A DNA stretch of 64,000 nucleotides from a virus (Duplodnaviria > Caudoviricetes). The stretch lies in IMG/VR virus record IMGVR_UViG_3300035180_001680. One strand, given 5' to 3'. Positions 59,029 to 64,000 of this stretch are shown here, in pieces (within the stretch, counting starts at the first letter, position 1; each line of letters begins with the position of its first letter). Below the pieces are notes generated by a model that saw only the letters and a list, made by a program, of their open reading frames with translations, did not search any database and had not been told where the DNA came from. A program made the position numbers and the translations under genes.

Positions 59029-60807
59029 ATGGAAATTAGATTTAAAACATTAACTTTAACGAATTTTATGTCTTATGGAAAAGTTAAAACAGTTATTGAC
59101 TTACAAAGAACCGGAACAACTTTAATCCTTGGTGAAGATTTAGATAATACTACCGAAGGACAAAGTAGTAACGGTGTTGGGAAAACGACTGTTATGAATG
59201 CTTTAACATATGCTTTATACGATAGACCAATTTCAGATATTAAAATCGATGAGCTTATTAATAATGTTAATAAAACTCATATGGAAGTTATTGTAGAATT
59301 TGTAAAAGGTGGTATTCCGTATCGTGTGGAACGAAGAAGAAAATCAGGAAAAAGTGGAAGAGATAACACTGTTCATTTGTTTATTGATGGAAAAGATAAG
59401 ACAAGAGGTGGTCCACACATTATGGATAAAGTAATTCTTGATATCATTGGAATGCCTTATGATATGTTCGTTCGTATTGTTGTTATTTCTGCAACACACT
59501 CTCCATTCCTTGATATGCCTGTTAATTCTCACTACCAAGCAAATCAGACTGATTTTATAGAACGACTATTTAATCTTACTGTATTATCTGAACAAGCTGT
59601 TATGTTAAAAGATTTGATTAAAAATACAGAAGATTCTATGAATATCAACAAAATGCGGATAGAACAGCTTGAAAAAGAACACATGCGTTTTGTAGAACAA
59701 ATCAAATCAGCAAAAATGAGAGTTGAGAATTGGAACAGTTCAAACTCTAAAACAATATTAACGTACGAACGCCAGTTAACAGAAGCTGAAGGAATTAATG
59801 TCGATGAAGAGCAAAAACTTCATCACGAGATTGATGAATTGGAAAGAAAATCTCGGGAAATTTTACAAGAAAAGAAACAAACCAAATCAATGATTGAAAA
59901 GTATAAAAAGATGATTGATGAGAGTACTCATGAACTTAAACACTTAACAGATCAACGATGTCCATATTGTTTACAACAATATGCTGATGCCGACTCTAAA
60001 ATCGACTCGTGTAAAGAAAGAATTGAAACATCAAATACACAACACGAAAAACTCATGAAAGAACTTGGTTTTATAGAAGAGGACGAACATGACCTTCAGC
60101 AGTTGTTAAAAGTATTAAAAAAGAGGCGACAGGTTAATGACGTAGACCAATTATTGGAAATACATTCACATAAACAAACTATACATCAAAAAGTTCAAGA
60201 CTTAAAAAATGCTGAAAATCCATTTTTAGAACCGCTTAAGGAATTAGAAGATTATCATCTTGACACAATTGATTATTCTGACTTGAATAAGTTGAAGAAA
60301 ACTCAAGACCATCAACAATTCTTACTAAAACTCTTAACGAAAAAAGACAGTTTTGTTCGTAAAGCGTTGTTAAATAAGAACTTACCATTCTTGAATACAC
60401 GACTTCACCACAATTTAACACAGTTGGGTTTAACACACAAAGTTGAATTCACTCATGAAATGACTGCCAATATTAGTTTGTTTGGAAGGCCGTTGAGTTT
60501 TGGCAACCTGTCTAATGGGCAACGCGCGAGAGTAAATTTGGCTCTCGCGTTAGCTTTTAGAGACGTTCTCCAAAAATTACATACTCCAATTAACATATGT
60601 TTACTTGATGAAGTTCTTGATGTTGGGTTAGACGCGGTTGGTGTTCAATCTGCTGGAAGAATGCTAAAAAAGAAAGCTCGAGATGAAAATCTGAACATCT
60701 TTATCATTTCACACAGAGATGAGATTGGGAATATCTTTGATAGGACAATGATGGTTCAAATGCAAAAAGGATTTAGTTCTATCAAAGATGTAACGGAACA
60801 AATTTAA
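59029..60807 (+). CDS. Recombination ATPase subunit, gp46/Rad50/SbcC-like (592 aa)
   Basis: Walker A NGVGKT, CPYC zinc hook, LSNGQ signature, LLDE Walker B and ISH. Confidence 0.93.
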   Translation: MEIRFKTLTLTNFMSYGKVKTVIDLQRTGTTLILGEDLDNTTEGQSSNGVGKTTVMNALTYALYDRPISDIKIDELINNVNKTHMEVIVEFVKGGIPYRVERRRKSGKSGRDNTVHLFIDGKDKTRGGPHIMDKVILDIIGMPYDMFVRIVVISATHSPFLDMPVNSHYQANQTDFIERLFNLTVLSEQAVMLKDLIKNTEDSMNINKMRIEQLEKEHMRFVEQIKSAKMRVENWNSSNSKTILTYERQLTEAEGINVDEEQKLHHEIDELERKSREILQEKKQTKSMIEKYKKMIDESTHELKHLTDQRCPYCLQQYADADSKIDSCKERIETSNTQHEKLMKELGFIEEDEHDLQQLLKVLKKRRQVNDVDQLLEIHSHKQTIHQKVQDLKNAENPFLEPLKELEDYHLDTIDYSDLNKLKKTQDHQQFLLKLLTKKDSFVRKALLNKNLPFLNTRLHHNLTQLGLTHKVEFTHEMTANISLFGRPLSFGNLSNGQRARVNLALALAFRDVLQKLHTPINICLLDEVLDVGLDAVGVQSAGRMLKKKARDENLNIFIISHRDEIGNIFDRTMMVQMQKGFSSIKDVTEQI

Positions 60808-61157
60808 AGTTTTATTACTCTGTCTGACAATACTTGGTTGAGAGCAGTTGGTGTGTTCCCTCTTCGGGCAACTTCTGTTCTAACACTATGTTGGATATTA
60901 TCTGGTAAACCCTTAATTGTATCCATTACAATTTTTGTAGCTTGGTTAATCTGTCCAGAATGATCATCATTCTTTGGTTTTTTTCTTTTCCGGTTCTTCT
61001 TCTCTTGAACCAAATAATGCCGACATTTTTTGGAATAAGTATTAACCGAGGAATCTAATCTGTTGGCTTGTGTCCTATAACCTTTGTTTTTTAACACTGG
61101 AATTAAGTGTTTGATAACAGTCAATAAACTACCACATTGTTCAATGGGGTAGTTCAC
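60804..61157 (-). CDS. Hypothetical basic protein (117 aa)
   Basis: ORF convergent with gp46. K/R-rich. Confidence 0.4.
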   Translation of the reverse strand: MNYPIEQCGSLLTVIKHLIPVLKNKGYRTQANRLDSSVNTYSKKCRHYLVQEKKNRKRKKPKNDDHSGQINQATKIVMDTIKGLPDNIQHSVRTEVARRGNTPTALNQVLSDRVIKL

Positions 61158-61211
61158 TCAGGTAACTATTTGAAATATTAACGTAAATATTCTCAACTTT
61201 TGGGGTATTTT

Positions 61212-61700
61212 ATGTTTCTGGGACTCGATCAATCATACAAATCTTTTGGGTATTGTCTTTTAGATAATAACAGCAATCTTATTGATTTTGGAACCATTAA
61301 AACTACCGATAAAGACGGTGATAAGGTTGATCGCTGCACTATCATTACAAAACAAATCATCCAGTATGTTGAAAAACATAGGCCAGTAAATATCACAATA
61401 GAAGGATTGGCATTTGGGATGAGAGGAGACGCTACCCGTGATTTGGCTGGGTTATTTTTTGTATTAGTAACTTCGCTACGCAATTACGGGTTTAATCCTG
61501 TAGTAGTAACTCCTCTTTCATTAAAAAAATTTGCAACTGGAAGTGGGAAATCTGAAAAAGCACAAATGGTAGATGCCCTACCACAAGAAGTTAAAGACAA
61601 GTTCATCGATGCTGGATACAAAAAAACCACCGGTCTTACAGATTTAGCGGATGCTTATTTTTTGTCTAAATATGCGTCTACTATAAATACTACAAAATAG
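61212..61700 (+). CDS. RuvC-like Holliday junction resolvase (162 aa)
   Basis: FLGLDQS...GYC, ITIEG, SLKKFATGSG...K..M and DLADAY. Confidence 0.82.
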   Translation: MFLGLDQSYKSFGYCLLDNNSNLIDFGTIKTTDKDGDKVDRCTIITKQIIQYVEKHRPVNITIEGLAFGMRGDATRDLAGLFFVLVTSLRNYGFNPVVVTPLSLKKFATGSGKSEKAQMVDALPQEVKDKFIDAGYKKTTGLTDLADAYFLSKYASTINTTK

Positions 61701-61710
61701 GAGAGATTAA

Positions 61711-62100
61711 ATGTCTTTTAAATTACTTAAAGAAATGATGGATGGGGAATTTTCATTTGATACATCCATGGGGCAAGGTGGAGATAATCAAGAACCGAAT
61801 CCAGCCGCTAATATATTTTCAAAACAAACACAAGACCATCCTGATGTAATCGCTATGGATGTTCCTACTTTAATTCGTATCATGGAATGGGCACACGAAG
61901 ACTGCAAAGACGATGTAATGCTTCATCAGTTCGCAAATGCTTTAATTCTTACAAGTTTTAGACATTCACCTTTGGATATTGATGATTATCAAGAGGTTGT
62001 TGATTCACTTACAACAGAACCGAACGGTGGTGGTAGTGGAACAACGGAACCAAGTCAACCAACAATGAGTAGAGAACCTGTAGCTATTTTCAATAATTAA
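61711..62100 (+). CDS. Late hypothetical protein with LLKE leader (129 aa)
   Basis: TATAAATA at 61682-61689 and RBS AGGAG. DVPTLIRIMEWAHED motif. Confidence 0.55.
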   Translation: MSFKLLKEMMDGEFSFDTSMGQGGDNQEPNPAANIFSKQTQDHPDVIAMDVPTLIRIMEWAHEDCKDDVMLHQFANALILTSFRHSPLDIDDYQEVVDSLTTEPNGGGSGTTEPSQPTMSREPVAIFNN

Positions 62101-62117
62101 AAACATTCAATCAAGAG

Positions 62118-62143
62118 AAAAGGTCAATTCGTTGACCTTTTTT
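62118..62143 (+). terminator. Terminator hairpin overlapping a sigma70 -35 box
   Basis: AAAAGGTCAA-TTCG-TTGACCTTTT-TT. TTGACC-17-TATAGT at 62132-62160. Confidence 0.75.
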
Positions 62144-62191
62144 CTATTTTGGGGTATAGTTAAATTGTTTTCAACTTTTTAAGGGCCTACA

Positions 62192-62692
62192 ATGTCTGAC
62201 GAACTAGAACCTGAAATTATATACGTTAATCAATTAAACGCCGCGTTGCTGAATGAAGTTAACCAACCAACTAACGAGTTCCCGGAATTTTTTGCTGGAT
62301 GGTACATTGATGGTTTGTTTGCTGGTGGTTCCTTAACTCACCGAGCTGTCTGGACTTGGTATATTTGGCTGTTCGATGCAAAAGCACTTGCACTTGCTGC
62401 CTCAATTGGTGTTATCACGAGTGATTCGTTTAAACCTCGTGATATAACAGGAAATGTGTTGATGAATTTGTTTATATTCTTTCTAACATCAATCATTGGT
62501 TTTGTTGTTCCCGTCACTTTGGGAATATTGCATGACGTATTTTTACTACCAATTGAGTTCTTAGGAAATTTCCGAATAGCTTGTAAGTTGAGAGAACAAG
62601 GAAATCAGTGGCAATGGACGAACGGAAAAACTAACGTAGAAAGAGTTGAGTTTATTAAAAACACACTTCAATATTCACCGTTTAACAACTAA
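62192..62692 (+). CDS. Hypothetical early membrane protein (166 aa)
   Basis: Two to three hydrophobic segments, behind a sigma70 promoter. Confidence 0.5.
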   Translation: MSDELEPEIIYVNQLNAALLNEVNQPTNEFPEFFAGWYIDGLFAGGSLTHRAVWTWYIWLFDAKALALAASIGVITSDSFKPRDITGNVLMNLFIFFLTSIIGFVVPVTLGILHDVFLLPIEFLGNFRIACKLREQGNQWQWTNGKTNVERVEFIKNTLQYSPFNN

Positions 62693-62766
62693 TTAGGCTG
62701 TGTGATTGTTGAATAGTATACAGGAATAACGTATACTATTCGAAATCCTCATAAAAAGAACTGTCA

Positions 62767-64000
62767 ATGACAATATTAAATTACTTTACTCCAAATACAC
62801 ACAAACCCAGAGAATCTCAAATTACAGCACTCGAGTGGATAGAAAAACAAAGTGCAAAGTATATCATATGTGAAATTCCAGTCGGTGGAGGTAAATCTGA
62901 TATTGCCTTAACATTCGCAGAATACTTAAACAATGGAAAGAACCTTCCTAATGGTTCCTACATTCTTACACCACAAAAAGTTTTACAACACCAATACGAA
63001 AAAACATTTGAACACATTTCACCTCCAATTCTCGCAACGTTATATGGAAAAGGTAACTATAAATGTGCATCAAGAAATACAACTTGTGACATTGGAGGTA
63101 TTCTAAAACCAAAATGTTCTGCTTGTCCACACGAATACGCGAAGACTTTAGCTAAAGTAAGACCCCATGTTGTTTTAAACTATAAGCTCGCATTGTTATT
63201 ATTGGGTTTTACAACAATATTTAAAAGTACACGAAAGTTGATGATATTTGACGAGTGTCATAACATGGAACAAGAATTAACAGAATTTGATTCTGTTTTA
63301 ATTTCAAAAAAACGATGCGAGAAATACAATCTCCCATATAAAGAATTCCCGAATATAACATTGGCCTTTAAATGGTTACAATACACGTATCTAGAAGCAT
63401 TGTTACATCTCGTTGATGAAATGACGGAAGAATATTCATACATGCTTGATTCAGCTTATTCTGTTGAATCCAATGAAGATATTAAAAAAATTCGGGAATT
63501 GAACTCACTGTCGGAACACGCTGGAACCATTGAAGCTCTTATAACTGGGAGTGATGTAGAACAAATTGAAGATTTGTATGTTCTTATAAAAGACCCGAAT
63601 TTTATTAAATTTAAGAGATTGTCTGCTGCTCACAGTTTTCAATCAATATTAGAGCCACGTGCAGAAAAATTCTTATTTCTATCATCTACTGTTCTTGATT
63701 ATAAACAATTCTGTGCTGATTTAGGTATAAATGAAAAAGAAACAGCTTTTCTTTCGTTGGATTCTGAATTTCCCAAAGAACATCGTCCAATCTTTTACAT
63801 GCCAGTTATGAAAATGAACGCTTCGTGGAAAGAAGATCAAAACAGAACAGGTAGAAAAGAATTAAGTTCAACACTTATTAAACTGTTAAACGATCACCAT
63901 TCAAGTGAATCGGGTATTATTCATACTGCAAATTTCGCAATTTCAAAGTGGATAATAGGAGAGTTAACAGACAAAATTCCTCATAAAATCTTTCATCACA
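62767..64000 (+). CDS. DinG/XPD-family Fe-S helicase, 3'-truncated (absent from the ORF track)
   Basis: Hand translation: MTILNYF...KPRESQ, Walker A PVGGGKS, TPQK.LQ.QY, GKGNYKC...C...C..CP cluster and IFDECH. Confidence 0.85.
   Translation, partial: MTILNYFTPNTHKPRESQITALEWIEKQSAKYIICEIPVGGGKSDIALTFAEYLNNGKNLPNGSYILTPQKVLQHQYEKTFEHISPPILATLYGKGNYKCASRNTTCDIGGILKPKCSACPHEYAKTLAKVRPHVVLNYKLALLLLGFTTIFKSTRKLMIFDECHNMEQELTEFDSVLISKKRCEKYNLPYKEFPNITLAFKWLQYTYLEALLHLVDEMTEEYSYMLDSAYSVESNEDIKKIRELNSLSEHAGTIEALITGSDVEQIEDLYVLIKDPNFIKFKRLSAAHSFQSILEPRAEKFLFLSSTVLDYKQFCADLGINEKETAFLSLDSEFPKEHRPIFYMPVMKMNASWKEDQNRTGRKELSSTLIKLLNDHHSSESGIIHTANFAISKWIIGELTDKIPHKIFHH

Noticed and set aside
49066-60807. 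Eukaryotic giant-virus or cellular origin
   Set aside because: The gp55 sigma, T4 late promoters, gp53, PAAR, Shine-Dalgarno sites and sigma70 promoters indicate a bacteriophage.
1-64000. Stop-codon reassignment as in some jumbo phages
   Set aside because: Core genes are full length in the standard code and end in TAA, TGA and TAG (e.g. 61700). The single internal TAA in unit 25 is best read as a mutation.
1-64000. tRNA, rRNA or group I intron
   Set aside because: No cloverleaf or rRNA-like stretch was recognised by eye, and the intergenic gaps are short. tRNAscan-SE/Infernal would be needed to exclude them formally.

Overview
This is an AT-rich segment of a T4-like jumbo myophage, read in the standard genetic code. 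The assignment rests on a gp55-type late sigma factor, gp46/gp47, a gp43-type PolB with an intein, a gp45-like clamp, DsbA, RNase H, gp53, a PAAR spike and many NATAAATA late promoters. 1-25.6 kb holds baseplate and tail-fibre structural genes plus two Hef/Vsr-like endonuclease genes. 25.6-28.1 kb and 48.5-64 kb hold replication, recombination and baseplate-hub genes. Between them (28,226-46,521, minus strand) is an 18.3-kb head-to-tail array of 27 paralogous genes: 25 intact, one frameshifted and one with a nonsense codon. Each gene overlaps the next by ATGA. Each encodes a conserved 59-aa N-terminal part, 4-11 copies of a 26-aa helical repeat (156 in total) and a 17-aa C-cap. Repeat variation is concentrated at positions 3, 4, 6, 7, 10 and 11, which is the spacing of one helix face, and modules are visibly reshuffled between genes. 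The operon sits under a perfect T4 late promoter, and every product starts with a T4 capsid-targeting/prohead-protease-like leader (MKLRDLFE|A). My best hypothesis (inference) is a recombination-diversified repertoire of virion-packaged, injected repeat-protein binders, for example against host defences. No database search was possible, so family names come from motif recognition and novelty is unverified.
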